Shown here in pieces: positions 28,882 to 38,260 of a DNA stretch of 64,000 nt. Positions within the stretch are counted from its first letter, which is position 1. Each line of letters opens with the position of its first letter. The position numbers were made by a program, and so were the translations under genes. Under the pieces are notes generated by a model, which had not been told where the DNA came from, did no database searches, and was given only the letters and a program-made list of their open reading frames with translations. This DNA is from Bdellovibrionales bacterium. GTDB taxonomy: Bacteria; Bdellovibrionota; Bdellovibrionia; Bdellovibrionales; UBA1609. The stretch is from NCBI GenBank assembly GCA_965205645.1, contig OZ242172.1:120863-184862 (forward strand), written 5' to 3'.

Positions 28882-30534
28882 ATGTTATTTAAGATGCAAA
28901 CCTATAAAAAATACAGCTCTCAGCTATCTGATAAAATTTTTAAACCAGCTTATTATATTTTATTTCTACTGAGTTTAATGTACTTTTATTCTGCTGCTGT
29001 TGCTGAAGAAAAAGCTACTAATAATGACCAAGCAAAACAACAAGCTCCAACGACTACATGCGACAGCATCATTCCCACACCAGAAGAAATCATAGAAGAA
29101 TGCTTTGATGAAAAAGCACCAGAAGTAGCAGAAGATGAAACAACTCAAAGCTGTGGTGGACTAGTCCAAAAAGCGGTTACCTGTTGCCAGACTCCTCTTC
29201 AGGGATGTATGGATAGCAGTCAAGTAGAAAGTGCGCTAGGCGCAGGACATGAAAGTCTTGGAATGCTTAATCAGCTCTTGCCAGCACTGAGCCCTGGCAT
29301 CGCAAACTATGCGGCAGAAAGCGGGATTGCAGATATTTGCCAAATGATAGCCGCTTTAACAGGAGCTGCCAGCTCTCTTTCCGCAGCTGCTAAGGCTAAT
29401 TGCTCTAGTGCTATGGGCGATTGCCAAACCGGCTGTGCAGATGAAATACTCTCTAAGTGCCAAAAAATAAAAGACATAAAATACAAGAAGTGGAAACCAA
29501 AAATATGTCAGGAAGTTTCTGATACTGCTTGTAAAACAGCACAATGTGGAACAGACACACTACCTTTAGACGTATGCATCGAAGAATTTAAAGCAGAAAT
29601 AACAAAAGAAATAACATATATACAACGCCGTAAAAAGCAGCAGTGTGAGTGTGGCAGCCAAGCGAGTCAACTAGCTCACATGGATCAAAACATTGCTCAG
29701 TCCGCCAGTAGTCTTCAATCTGCCAGTGACTGCTTAACCGGAATTTCAGACGGAAAATTTGCCCGCACACAAGCAGAATGCCTTATGAAAGGAAACGCGT
29801 TTCAGTGGAGAGGAGTAGGAAAGTTCGGCCAATGTATTAGCCTGGCTGCTGAATGCACAAAACATGGAGGCACTTGGGCACCTATTAGAAACACTTGTCA
29901 GACGAGCAGGCAAGCATGCTCTACCACCGGTGGAAAATGGGACCCACAGAAACAAGGATGTGACTACAGCAAATCTACAACTAATACAGAGACTAATACT
30001 AATACAGAAGATTGTCCGGAAGGCCAAGCCAGAAAAAACGGTGTGTGTGTGCCTTCCACTTCAGATGATGCAACAAACGACTCCTTTGGAGGCGGAGGAT
30101 CAGATAAAGATCGCGCCACCATTAGATCACCTTCTATTGCCCTACCTGGCACAGCATTGCCAGGAATGGCGACAGCATCAAATAGTCCAACAAACCCCTC
30201 AGCTCTTAAAGGAAGCGCCGGATCTGGATTTAGAATCCGTTCCTTGCGGCTCCCTAATTCTCCATCCAAAGAAGAAGAGGAAGAAGATAGCGACGACTAT
30301 TCATCTTCCGGTGGAGGTGGTGGATTTAGAGGATACTCCGGTGGTAGAGGAGGAGGGGGATCATACAATAGCAACTCCAAAAGAAAACTCGCTGGCCGTC
30401 TCAAAAATAAAAAAGGCAAAGCAATTATTAAAAGAACCTCTAACCTGGCCGGTCAAAACAAACACCATAGTATTTTTGAAAGAATTACCAAACGTTTTCA
30501 TCAACTCTGCGCCCATAAGATAAACTGTCATTAA
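28882..30534 (+). CDS. secreted Cys-rich protein with Gly-rich/'FRGY'/Lys-rich tail (P1)
   Basis: Signal/anchor 'YYILFLLSLMYFYSAAVA' and more than 30 Cys. Shared module 'QWRG...C.SL..EC...GGTWAPIRN.C' and tail 'SSGGGGGFRGYSGG...KNKKGK...SIFERITKRF' with the next gene. Confidence 0.6.
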   Translation: MLFKMQTYKKYSSQLSDKIFKPAYYILFLLSLMYFYSAAVAEEKATNNDQAKQQAPTTTCDSIIPTPEEIIEECFDEKAPEVAEDETTQSCGGLVQKAVTCCQTPLQGCMDSSQVESALGAGHESLGMLNQLLPALSPGIANYAAESGIADICQMIAALTGAASSLSAAAKANCSSAMGDCQTGCADEILSKCQKIKDIKYKKWKPKICQEVSDTACKTAQCGTDTLPLDVCIEEFKAEITKEITYIQRRKKQQCECGSQASQLAHMDQNIAQSASSLQSASDCLTGISDGKFARTQAECLMKGNAFQWRGVGKFGQCISLAAECTKHGGTWAPIRNTCQTSRQACSTTGGKWDPQKQGCDYSKSTTNTETNTNTEDCPEGQARKNGVCVPSTSDDATNDSFGGGGSDKDRATIRSPSIALPGTALPGMATASNSPTNPSALKGSAGSGFRIRSLRLPNSPSKEEEEEDSDDYSSSGGGGGFRGYSGGRGGGGSYNSNSKRKLAGRLKNKKGKAIIKRTSNLAGQNKHHSIFERITKRFHQLCAHKINCH

Positions 30535-30550
30535 AAAAGGAGTTAGTAAA

Positions 30551-31747
30551 ATGGTTAAAAAATTAAATAGCGACTCACTATTTGCAATTAAGCACTTTAT
30601 CATAACTTCTTTTATTATAATCTTTATTGTTGTTCCCTTTCAATCCAAAGGAGCAGATAGCGCATCTAAAATTGCAGACGATACTTCTGCAGGACAGAAA
30701 ATGATTTCAGGAGTAACTGGCATAGCTGCAGGTGCTGCTGGAATGAAAGCAGTGGCAGCATGCAGTGGAAAGCCTAACCCCTCTTGTAAATATTATGTTG
30801 CTTTAACTGCCGGTTTGACCGGAGCAACTTATTTACTAATGAGCGAATCTACAGCTAATAAAGATTTAGCTGCACAATACCAGGGCAACTGTATAATCAA
30901 AGGCCCTGCCTATCAGTGGAGAGGAAGTGAATCATACGGTGTATGTGTGAGCCTGTCGGAAGAATGTACACAGCTGGGAGGTACGTGGGCACCTATTAGA
31001 AATAGATGTCTACTGCCGGAGGAAGCGTGCACTAATATTGGCAGAACATGGAATCCACAGACACAAGAATGTAATCTAATAGATCCAGATTCATCAGATC
31101 CTAATTCTGATCCTAATAAAGACACTAATAAAGATAACTGTCCGGCCGGTAAAATTAGAATAGCTGGTCTGTGTAAAACTCCTACTCCAGCAGAATGCTT
31201 ACGGCACGGAAGAGAAATGTTAAACGGCAAATGCGTAGAAGGACACGGAGGCGGTGGAGGATCAGTTAAAAAACTGGAAGATTTTTTTAAGAAAAAAGGG
31301 ATTAAATGGAATCCTAAAAAGCAACAAATCACTTTGCCAAATGGTATGACTGGCTTTGCAAAAGATATGGACAAAGCATTAAAGCATTTATCTCCTCAGC
31401 AGCTTCAACCTTTTAAAGATGCTCTTTCATCCGCAGCAGCAAAACTATCCAAAAATAATAGTAACAGTTTAGATAGTGATGAATCTGCAACAGACTCTTC
31501 CGGTGGAGGAGGAGGTAACATCTCCAAAAGCTTTAAAGGTTATACGAGCGGCAGAAGCCGCGGGCAACGTGGATCCTCCGGATTAAATTACTCCAATATG
31601 CTGGCGCAAAAACAAAAAAATAAGAAGTTAAATAAAATGACGGTTAGAGCAGGGAATGATCAAGTGGGCATTAGTCAAAATAATATTTTTCAAATGATTC
31701 ATGCTAGATACCAAAGCAAAAGACAAAAAAAGGAATTTGTTAAATAA
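30551..31747 (+). CDS. secreted Cys-rich protein, paralog of P1 (P2)
   Basis: AAGGAG RBS 8 nt upstream. 'CIIKGPAYQWRGSESYGVCVSLSEECTQLGGTWAPIRNRC' matches P1 'CLMKGNAFQWRGVGKFGQCISLAAECTKHGGTWAPIRNTC'. Tail 'SSGGGGGNISKSFKGYTSG...KQKNKKLNK...NNIFQMIHARY'. Confidence 0.6.
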   Translation: MVKKLNSDSLFAIKHFIITSFIIIFIVVPFQSKGADSASKIADDTSAGQKMISGVTGIAAGAAGMKAVAACSGKPNPSCKYYVALTAGLTGATYLLMSESTANKDLAAQYQGNCIIKGPAYQWRGSESYGVCVSLSEECTQLGGTWAPIRNRCLLPEEACTNIGRTWNPQTQECNLIDPDSSDPNSDPNKDTNKDNCPAGKIRIAGLCKTPTPAECLRHGREMLNGKCVEGHGGGGGSVKKLEDFFKKKGIKWNPKKQQITLPNGMTGFAKDMDKALKHLSPQQLQPFKDALSSAAAKLSKNNSNSLDSDESATDSSGGGGGNISKSFKGYTSGRSRGQRGSSGLNYSNMLAQKQKNKKLNKMTVRAGNDQVGISQNNIFQMIHARYQSKRQKKEFVK

Positions 31748-31852
31748 ATATTAAAATATGTTTTTAATGATTTAAAAATACAATTTAACAGAATGTAAAC
31801 AATCACAGAAATACATTGTAATATTCTAAATCATTAGAAAGATACGACTGAG

Positions 31853-33499
31853 TTAAATCGTAATATTGGCAGCCACCGGAGAGATAATTTCCAAAAAGCC
31901 ATTAAACACATTCGTCACTTGAGCAAAAACCACCGGATCGGTTTTGCTGTTCATGCTGCTAACAGTACCTTTTTTATCATACGCGACCACTATCGTACCA
32001 ACACCCGGACGAATAATCCGACTGGGTTTGCCAAATTGCTTATGATATTTAACTAAAATTTTCTTCCGAGATTGATCGTACATTTCACTAATTCGACCAA
32101 CATGATCTCGTTTAACAATCACCCACCGACCTGTTTCTTTTTGTTGCACTTGAGTTAAATAGCATTTTGCCGAATGATAAGTAATTTTCGTATTGATCCG
32201 ACGTACCACTTTTTTTCCCTGAATATAATTCACTTGCACGACTTGCGGCTTCCGACATTTTTTATGATAACCCGTAATCGGAAAAAACATTTGACGATTT
32301 GGTTCCATCCGTGCAACCAACAAACCGGTTTTATCATCATAAGTGTATTTGGTAGTCACTCTATTACGTGTAACAGAAGTCGGAGAACCTGTTTTTGCGT
32401 CAAAAGTCATATCTTCTACCTGACCATTAACAGCTTGCCGTGCACGATATAAGTACTTACCTCCACCTTTTGGTTTATTGCGATTCCAAAATTCATAGCG
32501 GCTCATATTTGTCACTTGATTACCACAAATTTTCTTCACATCTGTCCAATAATGATCTTTGTTTCTTGGATTTGTGACATAAATATAAGACTCCCTACAA
32601 CCACGACGATCTTTAAAACCCGTTACCCAATCTTTATCTTCATTGTATACCAAAGATTCATAGGATTGATCCGAATAGCGAGTCTTTGTCATGTTGTGAT
32701 ACTCATCATATATATGCTGATACTGAGTTTTCTTTTTGCTACCGGCCGGCTTTCTAATCACCTGTTCCAAGTTATCCTTAACAATCATATAAGTAACCTT
32801 TTCACTCTGACCGGCAATACTAAACCCGGGAGTTTTTTTATGATTTTTCCGAAATTGCCAGCTAAGCCCTTTGTTCGTTAGCACCTTTTGAACAGTCGGT
32901 CCGCGACGAACTATTTTCATCCATCCACTCTTTGGATCAGACTCCATGACCAAATGACCTTGCTTACTAAACACTTGTTTTCTACCATCCAAGAAACTAC
33001 GTCTGTATTCACTCCCCGTAAATAACATCGTTTCACCAGAGCGACCAACCGCTTGGTATCTTTGCCCAGCACGTGCTTTCCCTCTTAAACCAAAAGCCCG
33101 CATTAACTCCGATTGCAAAGAAGAAGATTTTTCCAAATCCATCGCTAATTTATTAACATACTTTTTGGAAAGCCCTTTCTTCTTACGTACCCTGATCATA
33201 ATTTGTTGAATCATTTTCTGCCGATTAGGTCGGCCGTATGCAACCTCTAAGCCACCCCCACACTCTATTACTTTTAGAGAGTTATCCGGCAATACCTCCA
33301 CCCGAGTTTCCAGATTAGAACACCATCCGTAACCAAATAAACCTCGGTAAATAGAACGAGAATTATATGCACGTTCCAAAGTAAAACCGTCAGAAGAAAA
33401 ATCTACATATGTTTTAGTATAATTGCCGTTTTTAGTATCCACTAAAGCTAGTGCTGAAAAACTAACAAATAAACTATAAATAATTATTTGATTTTTCAT
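31853..33499 (-). CDS. secreted YD-repeat (Rhs-family-like) protein without toxin tip
   Basis: Signal peptide 'MKNQIIIYSLFVSFSALA'. 'DTKNGNYTKTYVDFSSDGFTLERAYNSRSIYRGLFGYGWCSNLE' fits the module preceding YD repeats in Rhs proteins. Degenerate YD repeats ('KYTYDDKTGLLVARMEPN', 'VVAYDKKGTV'). AAGGGAG RBS. It lies 27 nt after the tadB/C-like gene. Confidence 0.65.
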   Translation of the reverse strand: MKNQIIIYSLFVSFSALALVDTKNGNYTKTYVDFSSDGFTLERAYNSRSIYRGLFGYGWCSNLETRVEVLPDNSLKVIECGGGLEVAYGRPNRQKMIQQIMIRVRKKKGLSKKYVNKLAMDLEKSSSLQSELMRAFGLRGKARAGQRYQAVGRSGETMLFTGSEYRRSFLDGRKQVFSKQGHLVMESDPKSGWMKIVRRGPTVQKVLTNKGLSWQFRKNHKKTPGFSIAGQSEKVTYMIVKDNLEQVIRKPAGSKKKTQYQHIYDEYHNMTKTRYSDQSYESLVYNEDKDWVTGFKDRRGCRESYIYVTNPRNKDHYWTDVKKICGNQVTNMSRYEFWNRNKPKGGGKYLYRARQAVNGQVEDMTFDAKTGSPTSVTRNRVTTKYTYDDKTGLLVARMEPNRQMFFPITGYHKKCRKPQVVQVNYIQGKKVVRRINTKITYHSAKCYLTQVQQKETGRWVIVKRDHVGRISEMYDQSRKKILVKYHKQFGKPSRIIRPGVGTIVVAYDKKGTVSSMNSKTDPVVFAQVTNVFNGFLEIISPVAANITI

Positions 33500-33526
33500 C
33501 TATACTCCCTTAAAAGTGATCCATTT

Positions 33527-34423
33527 TTAGACCCGTATTGTAACAATTTTTTTCATCATAAAACTACCTAAAAAAATCAAAAACAAAATTAAAGCTAAGG
33601 AAGCCCAGCCCAAAGGCTTGGTCAACATTAAAACAGCTGTTTTTTTATTGAAAAAAAACATCATGACCAAAATAACCGCTGGCATGATAGAAATAATCAT
33701 CGCTTGCATACTACCTTGAGCAGTTAATGCTTTAATTTTACTTTCTACTTTTTGTCGATCCCGCAAAGTGATCACAATGACTTCTAAAGTTTCTGCTAAA
33801 TTTCCACCGGTTTCTTTTAAAATGTTAATTGCGGTTACCAGCATTGTTAGATCCGGCCGACGAATACGAGTTTCCATTTGAGTTAAAGCTTCTTCCACGC
33901 TCATACCTAGTTGAATTTTATTTAGCACTAATTGAAACTCCTGTGATAAAGGCCCAGACATCCCTTTCACCACTCTCCCCATGGATTGCGTAATACTCAG
34001 CCCTACTTTGACCCCATTAACCATCATTGTTAGACCTTCCACCATATCTGTTACTACTTGATCGCTTCTACGTTCCCAAATCGTCCGCATCACCCGTTGC
34101 ACGCCAACCCAAGATAACAAAAACCCTATGCAAGCTAAGACCAGCCCCAACGGCAAATTTGGCCAAGCGAGTAAAAAAAATAAAAATGCCATACCTAAAC
34201 CTAAAATCCAAAGTTGCACTACTACTTTATCTGGTTGAGTCTTTAGCATCATTCTACTAACAATATCCAATACCTCTTTTTGAGAATTTAAAGTTTTTGC
34301 TTTAAAAAACTGAATCAAAGAAGGAAAACGTAAATAACAAACAATAAAAATAAAAATACCAGTAACAATAGATAAAACTAAAGGCTGCAATAAAATACTT
34401 TTAATAATATTCATGATAGACAA
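33527..34423 (-). CDS. Tad pilus platform protein (T2SS-F domain, TadB/TadC-like)
   Basis: 'GLSITQSMGRVVKGMSGPLSQEF', 'LTMLVTAINILKETGGNLAETLEVIVITLRDRQKVESKIKALTAQG', three TM regions. Confidence 0.8.
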   Translation of the reverse strand: MSIMNIIKSILLQPLVLSIVTGIFIFIVCYLRFPSLIQFFKAKTLNSQKEVLDIVSRMMLKTQPDKVVVQLWILGLGMAFLFFLLAWPNLPLGLVLACIGFLLSWVGVQRVMRTIWERRSDQVVTDMVEGLTMMVNGVKVGLSITQSMGRVVKGMSGPLSQEFQLVLNKIQLGMSVEEALTQMETRIRRPDLTMLVTAINILKETGGNLAETLEVIVITLRDRQKVESKIKALTAQGSMQAMIISIMPAVILVMMFFFNKKTAVLMLTKPLGWASLALILFLIFLGSFMMKKIVTIRV

Positions 34424-34429
34424 ACTCCC

Positions 34430-36706
34430 CTAAGATATCTTTTTAGTCGGTGATGGAGGTGAAAGAGGTTTTTTTGGTCGTGTACCCAAACCTGCCGGCA
34501 TGGAACGCAAGCGAGCAGACGGGGATTGAGCACCTTGACTGAGAAGTGAAGTTTTTTTTGCTGCACTTGCCGGTGGCGCACTAGTTGTAAATAAAGAACG
34601 TGGAATTTTAATTCCCTTTTGTTCAAATTTTTCAATAAACGAAGGGATCATTCCCATTGCTTGAAATTGTCCGATAATTTTTCTGTTTTTATCAAAACCT
34701 TCTTCTTTAAATCTAAAAATTTCCTGTAAAGTAATTGTATCTACTTGTAAACCTACCACCTCTGTTACACTTTTGATTTTACGACTACCATCATTTAAGC
34801 GACCAATCTGAATAATTAAATGGACAGCTCCTGCAATCTGTTCCCGAATCGCTTTAATAGGTAGATCCATTCCGGCCATTAAGCATAAAGTTTCCAAACG
34901 AGAAACCGCCTCCCGCGGAGTGTTTGCATGCACAGTTGTCATCGATCCTTCGTGCCCTGTATTCATCGCAGATAACATATCCAAAGCCGCTCCGTCCCGA
35001 CATTCTCCAACGACAATTCGATCCGGCCGCATTCTAAGGGAGTTACGAATTAAATCCCGAATCGTCACTTCCCCTTTCCCTTCAATATTGACCGGACGTG
35101 TTTCTAACCGAACCACATGTTCTTGATTCAGTTGTAATTCAGCCGCGTCTTCTACTGTAATAATACGTTCATTCACCGGAATAAATCCACTCAGTACATT
35201 AAGTAATGTCGTTTTACCGGAACCCGTTCCTCCGGAGATCACAACATTCAATCCTTGCTCGACACAAATTTTTAAAAAATCCGCCATCGCAGGCGTCATA
35301 GAACCAAAACGATTCACTAAATCTTCTATCTTCACTCTATCTTGTGGAAACTTCCGAATGGTCACAACCGGACCATCAATAGAAAGAGGCTCAATGACCG
35401 CATTCACCCTAGAGCCATCCTGTAACCTGGCATCTACATACGGACTTTTTTCATCAATCCGCCGACCCAGCGGAGTGACAATTCGTTCAATCACATTTCG
35501 TAGTTGACGATTAGAAGTAAAAGTAACTGAACTTAAATTCAGCCGACCAGACTTTTCACAAAAAATTTGATCGCAACCATTCACCATAATCTCCGTAACA
35601 GACGGATCGGATAATAGTTCTTCCAAAGGACCTAAACCTAAAGCTTCATCCAATACCTGCTTAATGACTTGAATGCGCTCTTGACGAGAAAGACCTTGCC
35701 CTCTTTTATCCACTAAACGTGACACCACTATTTGCGTTTTACCCTTTAATTCTTTTCTAGAATCTTCATCCTTAGCCTGTGTAATATCTTTTTTTAAATC
35801 CATTTCCTTAATAAGCTCTGTATGAATTTGCATTTTTAGAAGCGTTAAAGGATTTAAAGCTCTGGTTTTTTTTTGCACACCTCCGCCCGCTGTTTGACTA
35901 GCTGTCGATACAGTAATCGCCGGTTTCTTTTTAGGACGAACAAGAGATTTATTTCTTTGTAAGACACCGCCAGCTAGTCTTCGCACCATATTATGATAGT
36001 TTTGTGCTAGTAAACTGTCCGGACGAAATAGTACAAACGGTTGAGAGGTTTGCAAAGCTTGATGGCAGATGGCATCATCCTTCGGTAACACCGCAATCAC
36101 TGGAAGACGTAAACTACTGGCAATAGCCTGCGAGGAAAGTCCCCCTGTCGCTGCATGATTGATCACCAACTGAAAAAGCTGAGAAGGCAAAGTAGCTGCA
36201 CTTAATTCATTTAAAATTCTTTTCGTTTGATTAACGACCAATATTTCAGGAGTTAGTGCCACTAAAATTACACTTGCCATATCCAACACGGAAAATTGTA
36301 AAGAATTGAGACTACAGCCCGCGTCTACTACGATATATGTAAAAAGCTGTGAAAGACCAAATAATTGTTTACTAAATATTATTGGATCACCAGCTAAGCT
36401 TTGCTCTGGACCTGTGACAGCTCCTATGTAAGCGAGTCCACTTTTATGAAATGCAACTAACTGACGTACATTTTGTTCCGTAATCACTCCCGAAAATCGC
36501 GTAAGATCCAACACTGTTTTCACAGGTCTTTGCCCAAGAATAACACTTTGATCACCACAGCTTTTCTCATCCAAATCTACTAAAGCAACGGAAGCCCGCA
36601 TTTCTTTTTGAATAGCTAAAGCTAAGTTAGCCGCCAAGACGCTTTTACCCACCCCTCCTTTGCCGCCAACGACAGCTATCACATGACATTTAGGATTTAA
36701 AAGCAC
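34430..36706 (-). CDS. tadA: fusion of a TadZ/CpaE-like ParA/MinD ATPase with the TadA/CpaF secretion ATPase, plus a Ser/Pro/Lys-rich tail
   Basis: aa 1-250 carry 'VIAVVGGKGGVGKS' (deviant Walker A). aa ~330-700 are CpaF-like: 'PLEELLSDPSVTEIMVNG', Walker A 'GGTGSGKTT', 'ERIITVEDAAELQL', 'HEGSMTTVHAN'. The last ~55 aa are 'APPASAAKKTSLLSQGAQSPSARLRS...SPPSPTKKIS'. Confidence 0.85.
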   Translation of the reverse strand: MLLNPKCHVIAVVGGKGGVGKSVLAANLALAIQKEMRASVALVDLDEKSCGDQSVILGQRPVKTVLDLTRFSGVITEQNVRQLVAFHKSGLAYIGAVTGPEQSLAGDPIIFSKQLFGLSQLFTYIVVDAGCSLNSLQFSVLDMASVILVALTPEILVVNQTKRILNELSAATLPSQLFQLVINHAATGGLSSQAIASSLRLPVIAVLPKDDAICHQALQTSQPFVLFRPDSLLAQNYHNMVRRLAGGVLQRNKSLVRPKKKPAITVSTASQTAGGGVQKKTRALNPLTLLKMQIHTELIKEMDLKKDITQAKDEDSRKELKGKTQIVVSRLVDKRGQGLSRQERIQVIKQVLDEALGLGPLEELLSDPSVTEIMVNGCDQIFCEKSGRLNLSSVTFTSNRQLRNVIERIVTPLGRRIDEKSPYVDARLQDGSRVNAVIEPLSIDGPVVTIRKFPQDRVKIEDLVNRFGSMTPAMADFLKICVEQGLNVVISGGTGSGKTTLLNVLSGFIPVNERIITVEDAAELQLNQEHVVRLETRPVNIEGKGEVTIRDLIRNSLRMRPDRIVVGECRDGAALDMLSAMNTGHEGSMTTVHANTPREAVSRLETLCLMAGMDLPIKAIREQIAGAVHLIIQIGRLNDGSRKIKSVTEVVGLQVDTITLQEIFRFKEEGFDKNRKIIGQFQAMGMIPSFIEKFEQKGIKIPRSLFTTSAPPASAAKKTSLLSQGAQSPSARLRSMPAGLGTRPKKPLSPPSPTKKIS

Positions 36707-36712
36707 TATGTA

Positions 36713-38227
36713 TCACCGCCTAGAGAGTTTAAACTTTCTTTTAATCTGCTCTACACCGCTAGACGCAGAGTCTTTAATATTCGGAGTCACAAAAACCACA
36801 AACTGGCTTTGTGATCGATTAAATTTTTTAGAAGATAAAAAAGACACTAATGGATTAGCTCCTTGCTGTGCGGGCTCACGATTATAATCCGAGAAAAACT
36901 TATTACTAACAATGCCACCAATTACAGCGCTTAAACCGGATTGCACATGAACTGTTGTCTGTACGCGCCGACTAGTTGTAATCGGTGCTTGTCCCGTTGT
37001 ACCCACTACATTGACAACTTCAAAACCAATCCTCATTTGTACGCTACTTCTACGCGGTCCAATAATATTCGGTTTAATTTTGATATTTAACCCTACTGTT
37101 GTTTGCTCAATTTTTTGTCCACCATTCGGACCTGCTGTCGCTAAAAATGGAATACTTTTTTGAGATCCAATATCAGCGGATACACCATCTTCCGTCACCA
37201 CATTTGCAGAATGCAAAATACGAGCAAAACCAAAAGCTTTCGCCCAATTTAATTTAGGCAAAAAATTATTAATTGTGCCGGAAATAATTCCAGCCACCGT
37301 GCCAAGACCACCCGATCCCGAATGAAAAGTAAATTTCGTGCCATCATTAATCTGAGGCATCCATTGAAAACGAAAATTATCCGAATAATCTTTATTGAGT
37401 TCCACATAATGCACAACCAGCTGAATAAGTTTTTGTCTTCCATCTGGTTTTGGTTCTCGTACTTGAATATGATTAATCACTGCCGGACGATTTCTCTCCC
37501 TAACCGGCCCGCCAGAACCAGTCGCTGCATGAGAAATTTCATCTGGTACATATAATTCAGCAATTGCTTGTGCTTTTTTTTTCTCGCCATCATCGCTAAC
37601 AAAACCTTCTAAAATAAAAGTAGTATTAATTACTCGTACAGTAACATTGCGATTATTAATTTCCTTTTCAATGAATTTCGCCATTTTACTTTGCGCGAGC
37701 GGGCTAAGTGTGACAAAAGAATTCGCAGTACCTCCATAAGCTACAATCACATCATGAATGCGCTTCATATCTCGCGGCACTAAAATTTCACCGTCCACTG
37801 TCACTCGGTTATTAACGATTTTAATCGTAATACCATCCACTTCTTTTAAAAGACCTTGGATTTCATTAGCAATATCCCGCAAGTTAGTCTTGCGCACAGT
37901 CAGCAACAATTTTTTAACAATCCGAGACTGCGAATCTTTAATATTTAAAGTGCCTACCCCTGTGCGCCTGGGAATGAAGCGAATAACTCCTGTTAGCGCA
38001 TTATGATTCAAACTGGTAAACTTACGATAAGTTCCTTCAAACTTTAATTTTTTACCTTTTAAAGATTTGGATAGAAAATGATCATACTGAACACCTTTGT
38101 AAAGATACAAAGATTCCGGTGTCACCTTCTTAGCTGCAAAAGCGCCCAAACATACAAAGCATAAAATAATAACAGACTGTACAGCATAGAGTGAATAACG
38201 AGTGAGCAGCACCCATCCAACTTTCAT
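36713..38227 (-). CDS. Tad secretin (RcpA/CpaC)
   Basis: Secretin C-domain ('GLNIKIKPNIIG', 'SGLSAVIGGIVSN', 'PLVSFLSSKKF...QFVVFVTPNI'). Start preferred at ATG 38227 after GGAGAAGGA. The ORF track begins at TTG 38242. Confidence 0.85.
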   Translation of the reverse strand: MKVGWVLLTRYSLYAVQSVIILCFVCLGAFAAKKVTPESLYLYKGVQYDHFLSKSLKGKKLKFEGTYRKFTSLNHNALTGVIRFIPRRTGVGTLNIKDSQSRIVKKLLLTVRKTNLRDIANEIQGLLKEVDGITIKIVNNRVTVDGEILVPRDMKRIHDVIVAYGGTANSFVTLSPLAQSKMAKFIEKEINNRNVTVRVINTTFILEGFVSDDGEKKKAQAIAELYVPDEISHAATGSGGPVRERNRPAVINHIQVREPKPDGRQKLIQLVVHYVELNKDYSDNFRFQWMPQINDGTKFTFHSGSGGLGTVAGIISGTINNFLPKLNWAKAFGFARILHSANVVTEDGVSADIGSQKSIPFLATAGPNGGQKIEQTTVGLNIKIKPNIIGPRRSSVQMRIGFEVVNVVGTTGQAPITTSRRVQTTVHVQSGLSAVIGGIVSNKFFSDYNREPAQQGANPLVSFLSSKKFNRSQSQFVVFVTPNIKDSASSGVEQIKRKFKLSRR

Positions 38228-38260
38228 ATTTCCTTCTCCCAAATAAACTAACTATTTTTA

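Noticed and set aside
29864-30523. 219-aa alternative-frame ORF and several antisense ORFs (29746-30027, 29964-30269, 30913-31374) within P1/P2
   Set aside because: They arise where the real genes encode Gly/Ser/Lys-rich low-complexity sequence that suppresses stops in other frames. They have no RBS and no signal or domain features.
31765-31836. 10-bp inverted repeat TAATGATTTA / TAAATCATTA between the convergent P2 and YD genes
   Set aside because: The arms are purely A/T with a 52-nt spacer, so any structure would be weak. Chance occurrence is plausible in this AT-rich spacer, and it is at best a weak bidirectional terminator.
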